A stretch of DNA of 64,000 nucleotides from an uncultured Clostridia bacterium (GTDB lineage: Bacteria; Bacillota; Clostridia; Oscillospirales; Acutalibacteraceae): NCBI GenBank assembly GCA_944380855.1, contig CALWIW010000006.1, positions 1,183-65,182 of the forward strand, written 5' to 3'. The notes under the pieces are model-generated. The model searched no databases. It was given only the letters and a program-made list of their open reading frames with translations, and was not told the origin of the DNA. The translations under genes were made by a program, and so were the position numbers. Below are positions 9,170 to 19,394 of the stretch, one piece after another. The first letter of the stretch is position 1. Each line of letters opens with the position of its first letter.

Positions 9170-10012
9170 ATGGAAGTAACATCACAGGGAAACAGCGTTA
9201 TTGTATCGGGAGTAAGGAATTTGGACCTTGCCGAAACTCTGGACTGCGGACAAAGCTTCCGCTGGGCAGAAAACGAAAATGGCGGTTTTCACGGGGTTGC
9301 CTTTAACAGGGCGGTGGACGTTTACCTTGATGGGGAAAATCTCAGAATAGACGGCTGTACCCAAGAGGAATTTAACCTGATATGGAAAAATTACTTTGAT
9401 TTGGATTTGGATTACGGCAAAATACGTGAGGACATAAGCCGTATACACCCTGTACTTTTTGAAGCCTCCTCCTATGCCCCGGGAATAAGAATTTTAAAAC
9501 AGGAGCCTTTCGAGGCTTTGTGTACATTTATAATTTCACAAAACAACAACATTAAAAGAATAAAGGGCATTGTGCAAAGGCTTTGTGAAAGCTTTGGTGA
9601 GAAGATAGGCGATAACGACTACGCATTTCCCACAGCTTTAAGGCTTTCCCGGCTGGAACCTGATGACCTTGCACCTCTGCGTGCAGGCTTTAGAAACAGA
9701 TACATTATTGACGGTGCAAGAAAAGTAATGTCGGGAGAGGTGGATTTGGAAAAATGCAGAACTCTCCCCTATGAAGAGGCAAGAAAAGAGCTTATGAAAA
9801 TCGTCGGCGTGGGAGTTAAGGTGGCAGACTGCACCCTGCTTTTCGGACTTCACAGAATTGAAAGCTTTCCCCTTGATGTTTGGATGAAGCGTGCCATGAA
9901 AGTGCTTTTCCCGGGAATGAAGCCCGAGGACTTCGGCGAATACGCAGGAATAGCACAGCAGTATATTTTTCACTACAGCCGTATGCATCCGGAGCTTTTA
10001 ATCGGTGAATAA
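9170..10012 (+). CDS. 8-oxoguanine DNA glycosylase (OGG family)
   Basis: TLDCGQSFRW, FIISQNNNIKRI, HhH GVGVKVADC, FPLDVW, YAGIAQQYIF. Confidence 0.93.
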   Translation: MEVTSQGNSVIVSGVRNLDLAETLDCGQSFRWAENENGGFHGVAFNRAVDVYLDGENLRIDGCTQEEFNLIWKNYFDLDLDYGKIREDISRIHPVLFEASSYAPGIRILKQEPFEALCTFIISQNNNIKRIKGIVQRLCESFGEKIGDNDYAFPTALRLSRLEPDDLAPLRAGFRNRYIIDGARKVMSGEVDLEKCRTLPYEEARKELMKIVGVGVKVADCTLLFGLHRIESFPLDVWMKRAMKVLFPGMKPEDFGEYAGIAQQYIFHYSRMHPELLIGE

Positions 10013-10032
10013 CAGTAAAAAGGTGGATTTTA

Positions 10033-10821
10033 ATGAATAATTTCCGATTCGGAAATAAAAAAGACAAAAACAGCGGGAACAGACTGTATTTGGTGGACGC
10101 CGTAAGAGGTTTTGCGGTTATAGATATGGTACTTTTCCATTTCTGCTATGATGTTTTTGTTATATTTATGGGTGAACCAAACTGGCCTTATGCCGATTCT
10201 ACACGTTTTTGGCAGAGGACAATCTGTATAACCTTTATTCTTATTTCGGGATTTTCCTTTTGCCTTGGCAGAAGCCATTTGAAGCAAGCCTTTAAGCTTT
10301 TGGGAACAGGTGCTTTGCTGACGGCTGTTACATATTTTTTTGTTCCCTCATTGGTTATATATTACGGTATAATTTTCTTTTTGGGAGAAGCGGCACTTAT
10401 AACCGCAGGACTTAACAAGCTTTTAAAGGGAAGATTTTCCGCCGCAGGTCTTTGTGCTTCACTGATATTGTTCTTGGTATTTTACGAGGTTTCCTCGGGT
10501 ACGCTGAACCTGTTTTTTACACAAATTCAACTGCCTGAGGCACTTTATTCAACAAGCTGGCTTGTATGGCTGGGTTTTCCCAACGAGGGTTTTTATTCTT
10601 CGGATTATTTCGGAGTTTTCCCATGGATATTTATATATCTGACAGGATATTTTATATATAACCTGTTAAAAGAAAAGATAAGCGGTATAAGGGCTTTTTA
10701 TTTCAGGTTTCCCCTATTGGAATTTTTCGGACGGCACAGCTATTTTATATATCTAATTCATCAGCCTGTCTGCTATATAATTGCAGGCCTGGTGTTCGGA
10801 AATATTTTTGAAATATTTTAA
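10033..10821 (+). CDS. DUF1624 / heparan-alpha-glucosaminide N-acetyltransferase-domain membrane protein
   Basis: RLYLVDAVRG..MVLFH, SSDYFGVFPW, GRHSYFIYLIHQP; multi-TM. Confidence 0.8.
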   Translation: MNNFRFGNKKDKNSGNRLYLVDAVRGFAVIDMVLFHFCYDVFVIFMGEPNWPYADSTRFWQRTICITFILISGFSFCLGRSHLKQAFKLLGTGALLTAVTYFFVPSLVIYYGIIFFLGEAALITAGLNKLLKGRFSAAGLCASLILFLVFYEVSSGTLNLFFTQIQLPEALYSTSWLVWLGFPNEGFYSSDYFGVFPWIFIYLTGYFIYNLLKEKISGIRAFYFRFPLLEFFGRHSYFIYLIHQPVCYIIAGLVFGNIFEIF

Positions 10822-10882
10822 TTTTTATTGCTTTTAATCAATAGATGAGTAAAAATTTATATGAAACATTCTTATTTAAAAA

Positions 10883-11089
10883 GGCTCTTTGTCAATAGTT
10901 GTGTAAAAAGTGAATTTAGAAAAAATAAAAAGTTAGTGGGGAACACTGACGTGGGTTCACAGCAAAAACAGTTCACCGGACTGTTTTTTGCAGCATTTTA
11001 AAACCTTGGAGGACGCTGTCCTCCAAACCGCCTGCCAAAGGGACAGTGGTCCCTTTGGAATCCCCACCCACAACATTTACCATACAACC
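10883..11089 (+). mobile_element. Non-autonomous MITE with ISL3-like ends, copy 1
   Basis: Imperfect TIRs GGCTCTTTGTCAATAGTTGTG / CACAACATTTACCATACAACC. Flanking direct repeat TTTAAAAA at 10875-10882 and 11090-11097. Three internal hairpins. Confidence 0.8.
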
Positions 11090-11214
11090 TTTAAAAACAT
11101 CAAATTTGCGAAAGTTTGATGTTTTTTCTTTTTTTCTCATATTTACAAAAGCTCTTTGCAGTTGTATAATCGTCACCGTATGAAAAATTAAAACAATACG
11201 GAAAGGCAAATAAA

Positions 11215-12573
11215 ATGGACAGGACAAGAAAATCTGCTATAGATATGACTTCGGGAAATCCCGTAAAAAAGATTTTAATATTTATGATTCCTTTGCTTAT
11301 CGGCAGTCTTTTTCAACAGCTTTACAGCATGGTGGACATGATGATTGTGGGAAACACCTTGGGTTCAGACGCTTTTGGTGCTGTGGGTCTTACCTCCTCG
11401 GTAATGTTTTTGGTAATTGGAATGGCACAGGGATTTACTACAGGCTTTTCCGTAATCACCGCCCAGTATGTAGGCGGCGGAAACAGTGAAAAGCTGAAAA
11501 AGTCAATAGCTGTTTCAATAACCCTTACAGCGGTTTTATCAGTAATTTTTACCGCAGTGAGCACTGCATTAACAAAGCCCGTTTTGGAGCTTATGCACAC
11601 TCCTGAGTCTATGATGTCGGATTCATGGAATTATTTGTTTGTAATATTTTTAGGCATATCAACATCTTTCTTTTTCAATTGCTTTTCTTCCATTCTGCGT
11701 GCTTTCGGCGACAGCCGCACACCTTTGTATTTTCTTATGGTTTCCTGTGTTGTAAATATAGTTCTTGATTTTGTGTTTATACTGAATTTTTCCATGGGAG
11801 TGGCAGGTGCGGCATGGGCAACGGTTTTCGCTCAGGGCTTGTCGGCGGTTTTGTGTCTTGTGTACAGCGTAAAAAAATTTCCTGTTATGTCACTTTCACG
11901 GGAAGACTTTCGCTTTTCCTTTTCCTTTGTTGCCGAGCATCTTAAAATCGGTACTGCAATGGCGTTGCAGTCCTCTTTTACCGCGGCAAGCGTTATGATT
12001 TTGCAGTCTGCAATAAACACATTGGGAGACGCAGCAATTAAGGCATATTCGGCGGCAGGTAAGGTTTCCTATTTTGCAATGCAGCCTATGGTGAATTTGG
12101 GATTTTCAGTCGCCACATTTTCGGCACAGAATTACGGTGCAGGCAAAATAGACAGGATACGGCTTTGTGTAAAAAAAGGCATTGTTTTGTGCCTGATTAT
12201 GGGAGCTTTCGGAAGCCTTGTAATGATATTCGGCGGAGATATTTTTCTGTATATTTTCGGAGTGGATACATCGGAAATTTTGGTTTACCAATATACCCAT
12301 CAGTTTTTGCTGGTTTTAGGTGCTTTTTATGTGCTGTTGGGACTATGGCATTTTTTCAGAAACATATTGCAGGGAATGGGCAAAACCGCAGTTCCCACGG
12401 TGTCCTCATTTGTTGAGGTAGTAATGAGGATTGTTCTTTCCTTTTGGCTGTCCTCCGCATGGGGCTTTTTCGGAATATGCTTTGTTGACCCTCTTACATG
12501 GACTGTCATTTCAATAACCCATATAATAGCATACGCTGTCATTATGAGAAAGATTGTAAGATACAAAAAGTAA
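11215..12573 (+). CDS. MATE family efflux transporter
   Basis: DMTSGNP..QQLYSMVD, RAFGDSRTPL, GVAGAAWAT, QNYGAG. Confidence 0.95.
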   Translation: MDRTRKSAIDMTSGNPVKKILIFMIPLLIGSLFQQLYSMVDMMIVGNTLGSDAFGAVGLTSSVMFLVIGMAQGFTTGFSVITAQYVGGGNSEKLKKSIAVSITLTAVLSVIFTAVSTALTKPVLELMHTPESMMSDSWNYLFVIFLGISTSFFFNCFSSILRAFGDSRTPLYFLMVSCVVNIVLDFVFILNFSMGVAGAAWATVFAQGLSAVLCLVYSVKKFPVMSLSREDFRFSFSFVAEHLKIGTAMALQSSFTAASVMILQSAINTLGDAAIKAYSAAGKVSYFAMQPMVNLGFSVATFSAQNYGAGKIDRIRLCVKKGIVLCLIMGAFGSLVMIFGGDIFLYIFGVDTSEILVYQYTHQFLLVLGAFYVLLGLWHFFRNILQGMGKTAVPTVSSFVEVVMRIVLSFWLSSAWGFFGICFVDPLTWTVISITHIIAYAVIMRKIVRYKK

Positions 12574-12586
12574 AAGATATTGCTTT

Positions 12587-12614
12587 ATACGGCGGATTTA
12601 CCGCCGTATTTTTT
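12587..12614 (+). terminator. Rho-independent terminator
   Basis: ATACGGCGG/CCGCCGTAT stem followed by a T tract. Confidence 0.8.
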
Positions 12615-12923
12615 ATTTTCTTTTGATAATCTATCGGTAATTTGAAAGCTTGTAATTTTAAAAAAATTCAAATAAATAGTTTTATAAATTTTAGTGTATT
12701 CTTTTTTATATAATAATTTCTTATCCACACTATTGCAATTTTCTTTTTTCTGGTACATTTTCTTTTCTGTCCATTTACAAAACTAAGCATCAGATTTATA
12801 ATTCTAACTAAAGAAATAATAATTCGTGTTTATTTTTATTATTATTTCACAATAAATTAAGGCTATTCTTTGCGATACAGAATAACAGCAAAAAACAAAT
12901 AAAAGAAAGAAGGAGTTAAAGAA

Positions 12924-15900
12924 ATGAAAGGTAAAAAGATTTTGGCTCTGTTTATGAGCAGTGCAATGCTTTTGTCGTCGGTTCCCATAACAATAGCTTC
13001 GGCTGAAGAAACGACGCAAACAGGTTTCAGCTATGTTCAAACCTACGCAGACGGAGATATTCAGTTTAAGCCTGAGGGCTACACGATTTTGGATGACGGA
13101 AAGTTTATTGACTATCCACGTGACGGTTTACAGGCTTGGGCGGACTCTTCTCAGCCTGGGGACGGCTCTAAGCCGGCTAACATGATAGACGGAAACTCAC
13201 AAACAAAGTGGGAAGCTCCCTGGAACGGCACCGGCGACACGGTTGTAACAATCGAACTTCCAAGTCCTGCTTATGTTTACGGATTTGTGTATACCACAAG
13301 ACAGGACAACAATTTGAGCGGAATTATGACAAATTACACTGTTCAGGGTTCTGTTGACGGAAACCATCAGATTATAAAGACCGGAACCTTTGACAAGGAG
13401 CTTGGCACTTACTACGTTTATTTTGATGAGCCGGTGTATATTAAATATTTACAGATTTTGTCAGACGCAAGGGCGATTGCAGAGTTAATACCTGCATATA
13501 TTCCTGCAACAGAGGACTTTATAACAAAGGCTTTGGATCAGGCACAGATTATAACAGACACAATACCTACCGGTATGGATAACGGAACATGGACTCCGGA
13601 TACAAAGGGTGCTTTTGACGAGCTTTTAGCAGGCTTTAAGGCAACTCCTATTCCTGAAAGTGAAGGGGAAAAAGCCGCAATGGCTTACAAAATTTTCACT
13701 GCGGTAAATGATTTGCTGGATTCGCAGCTTATCTTCACCGCCGACCTTAACTCAAAGCTTAAGATTTGCAAAGCGGCTTCTGAGAATGTTTTAATAGACC
13801 AGAACGGCGAAAGACCTCTCACCTGGCAGCAGGCTGATGTTGACGAGTTCCGTGGGGTAATTAAAGCAGTTGAGGACAGCGGAATTAACGAGCCTCAGGT
13901 TGCACAAAAGGGCTCAGTCAACGAGGCTATAAAAAATCTTGACGAAGCATACGAGAAATTCTTGAGAAAACAAGTTCCACCTGTTGTAAATTTTGCCGGA
14001 AACTACAGTGAGGGAAAACCTGAGGATGTAGTTGACGGATATTACGGAACAAGATTTGTTGTATCATCTTCCGATAATGTAATTTCACCGGATGACGACA
14101 CACACTATATAGAACTTGACTATCAGCAGGGACTTAAATTCAACTCTGTTTCCATCACATCATGGTTTAGCACAAGCCAGGCACCTACAACATTCAAGGT
14201 TCAGTACCTTGACGAAAACGGAGAATGGCACTATACCGATGGAGGAAAGTCATACACCCTCCAGTTTAAGGACAGTTCCAACGCCGACGAAACTCAGACA
14301 TTGACCTTTGATGAAACTGTGCAGGGTTCGGCTTTGAGAATACATGTTGACGGCGGAAATCTTTCATGGGGTAAATATGTAATTGGTGAAATTGAAGTTG
14401 GTTACGATTTTATGGACGTGGACCCGGATGCAGTTACAATCACACTTAATGCAGAGGATATCACCCTTGAAGAAAATGAAAGCTTCCAGCTTGAGGCAAC
14501 AATTCTTCCGGTTTATGTTACAAACAAAAATGTTACATGGGAGTCCGATAATGAAAATATAACAGTTGACGAAACAGGCCTTGTAAAGGCAGGATACCTT
14601 GCAGATGGACAGCCTCAAACCGGCACAATAACAGCAACCACAGAATTCGGACAGAAAACAGCGGTGTGCAATATAACTGTAAATCCTAAGACTATTGAAG
14701 AAGAGGATAAAGCAGATACAAATAAAAGAATTGAAATCCTTGAAAAGCTGTATACAGCCGCAAATCCTGAGGATTACTCGCAGGGAGCTATCGGTGAGGC
14801 AAAAGCTGTTACAGAAAAGGCAAAAGAAGATATTGCAAAAGCCGATACACTCGGTGCAATTTCAGTAATTAACGAGAATATAAAAGCTGCTCAGAAAAAA
14901 TTTGAGGATTCAAATATAACAGCTCTTAGAACAGTAAAAGAGCTTATCGACAGAATTACGGGAGAAAATTCCTCCGAAAACTTTATACTTGAGATGATAC
15001 CTGCCGACCCTGAAACAGGAATGGATGTATATGAGGTTGACTGGAACGCAGAAGAAAACAAACCTGTTTTGAGAGGCAACAACGCAGTAGCAATGGCTAC
15101 CTCCTACAACTACTATCTCAAATATTTTGCATATCTTGATTTCCCCTACACAGGAGATTATGACCTTCATCTTCCTCAGGAGCTTCCTGTAGTTGATGAG
15201 AAAATCCAAATCGTTTTCCCATATGAGTACAGACACTATTTTAATGGTTGCGAATACAAATACACAACTGTAAACTACAGCGTAGAGGAATGGCAGAGAA
15301 GACTTGATTGGATGGCAATGAACGGATTCAACATGTTCTTGCTTTATGATTTTAACTCGGGAGAAATTTGGCATAGAGCAAACCAATTATTAGGTGTTGA
15401 TGTTAAACTTTCACAACAGGCAGAAAAAGAAGCAGAGCTTGCAAAAAAGGTTGTAAAAATGGCTTTTGACCTTGGGCTTGAGCCGGAAATAAGACCGTTT
15501 AAGGGAAGTATACAGTTTATTTTTGAAAATAACTACGATGATTACTACGGTCCTACATATAAGCCTGACTTTGTTGCAGACCTTCCGGGAACAATATACG
15601 ACGGAATGTACATCTACACAGGTGCAAGGTGGATGAACCAGCCTCAGGGCGTATATATAAGTCCTACGACAGCAAATCCTGACGACCCTAAAAAGGCTGA
15701 AATGGAAGAAAAATTCTATACAATAGCTGAACAGTATTATGCTTCCTTGCAGAAGGTCTTGGATTATGATAAATACGGAAGAACACCGAAATTTGGTTAC
15801 GTAGACTTGGTTGGTGAACAGGGATTTGTTGTACAGCACGCCGCATTCCCTAAAGAGGTAATACTTCCGGCACTTGAAAGCTGTCTGCTTGAAGTAAATC

Positions 15901-17567
15901 CTGACGCAATCTGGATTCAGACTTCATGGAGAATTCAGTCATGGACAAGCGAACTTTACACACCTGGTCATCTTATGGTTATCGACCTTGAGGCAGAGCA
16001 CAGTCCTAAGTGGCAGAACACAGATGAGTTCGGCGGAACACCATGGCTTTGGTCAATGCTTCACAACTTCGGCGGAAATACAGGAATTTCCGGAGGACTT
16101 GACACAGTTGCTACAGCTCCCCTTAATGCAAAGAAAAACAGTAACTTCATGAGCGGTGTCTCCATAAGCCCTGAGGGCGGCGACACTAACCCTGCCCTTT
16201 ACGGACTTATGGCAGAGATGACATGGAGAAGCGAAAGCCCTGACGTTGACCAGTGGCTTGAGGACTACGCAAAGAGAAGATACGGCGTAGAAAATTACGA
16301 AGCGGCAAAGACAGAGCTTGACGCCTCATGGGATACAATCCACAACACAGCTTATAAAGAATTTGTATATCAGGGACCTTTCCAAACTCTTGTAACTGCA
16401 AGACCTCAGATAGAGGGAGCAATAGCACGAATTTGGGGAACTAACAATAAGCCTTACAAAACCCAGGACTTCTTCCCTGCTTGGGAAAACATGCTGAAAG
16501 CGGCTCAGAAGATGGAGAACCCAACACCTCAGTTTATGTATGACCTTGTGGACATTACAAGACAGGTGCTTGCCGATGTTTCCGGAGAATACTATAGTCT
16601 TATCACTCAGGCTTACAAGGCAAACGACAGAGAGAAGGTTCTGCTCTATGCAGACAGAATGATACAGCTTTGTCAGGATATGGACGATATTCTTGCTACA
16701 AACAAGATGTTTATGCTTGAAACAAGACTTGAGGGTGCAAAGCAGAGAGGCGTTACACAGGAAGAAAAAGATTACGCAGAAAAGATTGAAAGAACCTTCC
16801 TTACAATCTGGCTTGAAGATCAGCCGGGAGATAACGGACTTGAGGACTACTGCAACCACCATTTGTCAGGACTTATGACAGATTATTACAAGGTAAGGTG
16901 GCAATTGTACAAGGAAGCTCTTATTGAAGCTATGGACAACGGTTACACAGTTGATCAGTTTAAATCTATTCAGCAGCCTAAGCTTAATCAGAAAATCAAC
17001 GAATATGTTGTTCCATGGACAAACGACCATACACCTTACCCAACAGAGCCTGTAGGAAATTCCGTTGAGGTAAGCCATGAGCTTATTATTAAGTATGCCG
17101 ACATATTCAAAGAGGTTTACAACTATGATGTTGACCCGTCCTTGCTTGACAAAGAGGCTGATAAGTCAGAGCTTATCGCAAGATACAACGAGCTTAAAGA
17201 CACTGAGAATGTTTACAGTGTAAATTCCTACAAAACATTTGCCGCTGCCCTGGACAATGCAAAGAGTGTAATAGATAATACAGAGGCAACCGTGGAGGAT
17301 GTAAACAACGCTTTGGCACAGCTTAACTCAGCTTTTGAAAATCTTACATACATCAAGGGCGATGTAAACCACGACGGAAAGCTTTCAATCAACGACGCTA
17401 CAATCATTCAGATTCATCTTGTCGGAAAACTGGGAGAGTTCGATTTCGACACAGAAACAGCCGATGCAGATAACAGCGGAGATGTAAGCATTAATGATGC
17501 AACAATCATTCAGCAAACAATAGTAAAAATATTTAATGTTGATGATGACGGCAACATCGTACAATAA
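12924..17567 (+). CDS. Secreted multimodular GH89-like alpha-N-acetylglucosaminidase (F5/8-CBM32-like, FIVAR, Ig-like, dockerin-like)
   Basis: Signal peptide; discoidin-like modules; GH89 motifs WQRRLDWMAMNGFN, WLWSMLHNFGGN, SPEG..NP, YDLVDITRQ; C-terminal GDVNHDGK..DAT..DADNSGDVSINDAT. Confidence 0.85.
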   Translation: MKGKKILALFMSSAMLLSSVPITIASAEETTQTGFSYVQTYADGDIQFKPEGYTILDDGKFIDYPRDGLQAWADSSQPGDGSKPANMIDGNSQTKWEAPWNGTGDTVVTIELPSPAYVYGFVYTTRQDNNLSGIMTNYTVQGSVDGNHQIIKTGTFDKELGTYYVYFDEPVYIKYLQILSDARAIAELIPAYIPATEDFITKALDQAQIITDTIPTGMDNGTWTPDTKGAFDELLAGFKATPIPESEGEKAAMAYKIFTAVNDLLDSQLIFTADLNSKLKICKAASENVLIDQNGERPLTWQQADVDEFRGVIKAVEDSGINEPQVAQKGSVNEAIKNLDEAYEKFLRKQVPPVVNFAGNYSEGKPEDVVDGYYGTRFVVSSSDNVISPDDDTHYIELDYQQGLKFNSVSITSWFSTSQAPTTFKVQYLDENGEWHYTDGGKSYTLQFKDSSNADETQTLTFDETVQGSALRIHVDGGNLSWGKYVIGEIEVGYDFMDVDPDAVTITLNAEDITLEENESFQLEATILPVYVTNKNVTWESDNENITVDETGLVKAGYLADGQPQTGTITATTEFGQKTAVCNITVNPKTIEEEDKADTNKRIEILEKLYTAANPEDYSQGAIGEAKAVTEKAKEDIAKADTLGAISVINENIKAAQKKFEDSNITALRTVKELIDRITGENSSENFILEMIPADPETGMDVYEVDWNAEENKPVLRGNNAVAMATSYNYYLKYFAYLDFPYTGDYDLHLPQELPVVDEKIQIVFPYEYRHYFNGCEYKYTTVNYSVEEWQRRLDWMAMNGFNMFLLYDFNSGEIWHRANQLLGVDVKLSQQAEKEAELAKKVVKMAFDLGLEPEIRPFKGSIQFIFENNYDDYYGPTYKPDFVADLPGTIYDGMYIYTGARWMNQPQGVYISPTTANPDDPKKAEMEEKFYTIAEQYYASLQKVLDYDKYGRTPKFGYVDLVGEQGFVVQHAAFPKEVILPALESCLLEVNPDAIWIQTSWRIQSWTSELYTPGHLMVIDLEAEHSPKWQNTDEFGGTPWLWSMLHNFGGNTGISGGLDTVATAPLNAKKNSNFMSGVSISPEGGDTNPALYGLMAEMTWRSESPDVDQWLEDYAKRRYGVENYEAAKTELDASWDTIHNTAYKEFVYQGPFQTLVTARPQIEGAIARIWGTNNKPYKTQDFFPAWENMLKAAQKMENPTPQFMYDLVDITRQVLADVSGEYYSLITQAYKANDREKVLLYADRMIQLCQDMDDILATNKMFMLETRLEGAKQRGVTQEEKDYAEKIERTFLTIWLEDQPGDNGLEDYCNHHLSGLMTDYYKVRWQLYKEALIEAMDNGYTVDQFKSIQQPKLNQKINEYVVPWTNDHTPYPTEPVGNSVEVSHELIIKYADIFKEVYNYDVDPSLLDKEADKSELIARYNELKDTENVYSVNSYKTFAAALDNAKSVIDNTEATVEDVNNALAQLNSAFENLTYIKGDVNHDGKLSINDATIIQIHLVGKLGEFDFDTETADADNSGDVSINDATIIQQTIVKIFNVDDDGNIVQ

Positions 17568-17628
17568 TTACGATATATAAAATTTTACTTGCTTATAGGT
17601 TCATTTTCTCATAAATCCTTTTTTTCTT

Positions 17629-17661
17629 AAAAAGTGCGGGCAATTTTTGTCCGCACTTTTT
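17629..17661 (+). terminator. Rho-independent terminator
   Basis: AAAAAGTGCGGGCA/TGTCCGCACTTTTT inverted repeat. Confidence 0.8.
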
Positions 17662-17738
17662 GTATTATTAATCGTTTTTTTCTTGAATTTACTGACAAAA
17701 TTTTGCTATAATATAATTACAAAATTTAATTAGAAAGG

Positions 17739-19319
17739 ATGATAATAATGAAGAAGACTATTACTCTATTTTTAGCTGTACTTATGGTTGTTTCTGTTTT
17801 TTGGGCTTTGCCTGCTGTTTCGGCAGAGATGAAAATCCCCGACGTCAAAGGAAACAATCAGGAGCTTTTGGACATGCTCAACAAGCTTGACCCTCAGCAG
17901 TTTGTAAGCGATTACGAAAAGCTTGGAATTACAAAGGAGCAGTTTGCCGAAATTGAAGCGGAAACCGTAAAAACTATTGAGAACAGCGGAGCCGTTACAG
18001 ATTATGACAAACTAAAAGCTATTTCTCAGTGGGTATGTGACAATATCCAGTATGATCACCACCTTGTAAGCGGTTCTCAGGACGCATACAACGTATTTTC
18101 CAAACGCTTGGGAATTTGTCAGGGATATTCCAACGTAACAAAAGCTATGTGTGCGGCGGCAAATATTCCCTGTGTTATGGTAAACGGCGACTCTACATAC
18201 GGAGGTCACGCATGGAACATGGCTTATGCCGACAACAGATGGATTTTTATTGATAACACATGGACAATGGATTGGTTTGATAAAGATATTGAAAAGTTTT
18301 CCAACGACCATAAGCCTTATTACTGTGACGATATAAAGGTTCAGGAGGGCGATTTTATCTTTACCTATTTTAACGGCGTTGCCCCATGTCAGTATGTAGG
18401 TCAGGGCGGAGATTGGATTATCCCCTCAATTGCTGTGAATATGCCTGTTACCGGAGTTTCCTTCGACCTGTTCAATGCTTATTCAACAGTTGAAACACTG
18501 TATATTCCTGAAACAGTAAAAAATCTTGAGTATACCGGTCTTACTTACTGTTCAAAGCTTAAAAATATTGAAGTTGCAGAAAGCAACATAAACTTTTCAT
18601 CTGTAGACGGAGTTCTTTTTGACAAGTCAGTTTCCAATCTTTTAATATATCCGGTAGGAAAAGAGGAAACAAGCTTTGCAATTCCCGACACGGTAAACAC
18701 CCTTGGTGAAAGTGTTTTTGAAAAGAATACAAATCTCACCGATGTGCTTATTCCTGCCTCTGTTACTTCTATAGGTAAAGCACCTTTTAATGATAATTCA
18801 AAGATTACAATCTATGCCGACCAGGGAACATACGGCTACGATTTTGCAGTGCAAAACGGAATTTCCTGCAAGCCTGTTTCGGAATTTGATGGCGGCTCCA
18901 CAGAAGATCCTGTAAATAAAGACGCTCTTTCTGCTCTTTTGGAAGAGGTAAACAACATCAATAATATTTATTCCGTCAATTCCTACCGTGCGTTTGCCTT
19001 GGCACGAGGAAATGCCGCTGATGTTTTAAAGGACGAAAAGGCAGACCAGAAAACTGTGGACAAAGCTTTTGCCGCTTTAAAAACCGCATATGAAAACCTT
19101 AAATACAAAGCAGGCGATGTAAATCACGACGGTGTTATAACAGTTCTTGACAGTACGGAAATTCAAAAATATTTGGCAGGCATTGAAATTGAAAATTTTG
19201 ATACAATAGCTGCCGATATTGACAGGAGCAATCGCGTTTCAATAATTGATGCTACCCTGGGTCAAATGATTGCCGCCGAAATAATTCTTATCGACGATGA
19301 CGGGAATGCGGTTTTATAA
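17739..19319 (+). CDS. Secreted transglutaminase-like protein with BspA-type LRR, FIVAR and dockerin-like modules
   Basis: GICQGYS / HAWN / FIDNTW triad; IPDTVNTLG and IPASVTSIG LRRs; GDVNHDG duplicated Ca-binding loops. Confidence 0.85.
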   Translation: MIIMKKTITLFLAVLMVVSVFWALPAVSAEMKIPDVKGNNQELLDMLNKLDPQQFVSDYEKLGITKEQFAEIEAETVKTIENSGAVTDYDKLKAISQWVCDNIQYDHHLVSGSQDAYNVFSKRLGICQGYSNVTKAMCAAANIPCVMVNGDSTYGGHAWNMAYADNRWIFIDNTWTMDWFDKDIEKFSNDHKPYYCDDIKVQEGDFIFTYFNGVAPCQYVGQGGDWIIPSIAVNMPVTGVSFDLFNAYSTVETLYIPETVKNLEYTGLTYCSKLKNIEVAESNINFSSVDGVLFDKSVSNLLIYPVGKEETSFAIPDTVNTLGESVFEKNTNLTDVLIPASVTSIGKAPFNDNSKITIYADQGTYGYDFAVQNGISCKPVSEFDGGSTEDPVNKDALSALLEEVNNINNIYSVNSYRAFALARGNAADVLKDEKADQKTVDKAFAALKTAYENLKYKAGDVNHDGVITVLDSTEIQKYLAGIEIENFDTIAADIDRSNRVSIIDATLGQMIAAEIILIDDDGNAVL

Positions 19320-19394
19320 AAGTTTTTTAAATATTTCAAGTATTTTTTTCAAAACAATCACATAAAATGATTCGATATGTGTTATAATAACAAC

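Noticed and set aside
12721-12729. DnaA box TTATCCACA / replication origin
   Set aside because: A single box with no dnaA-region genes nearby.
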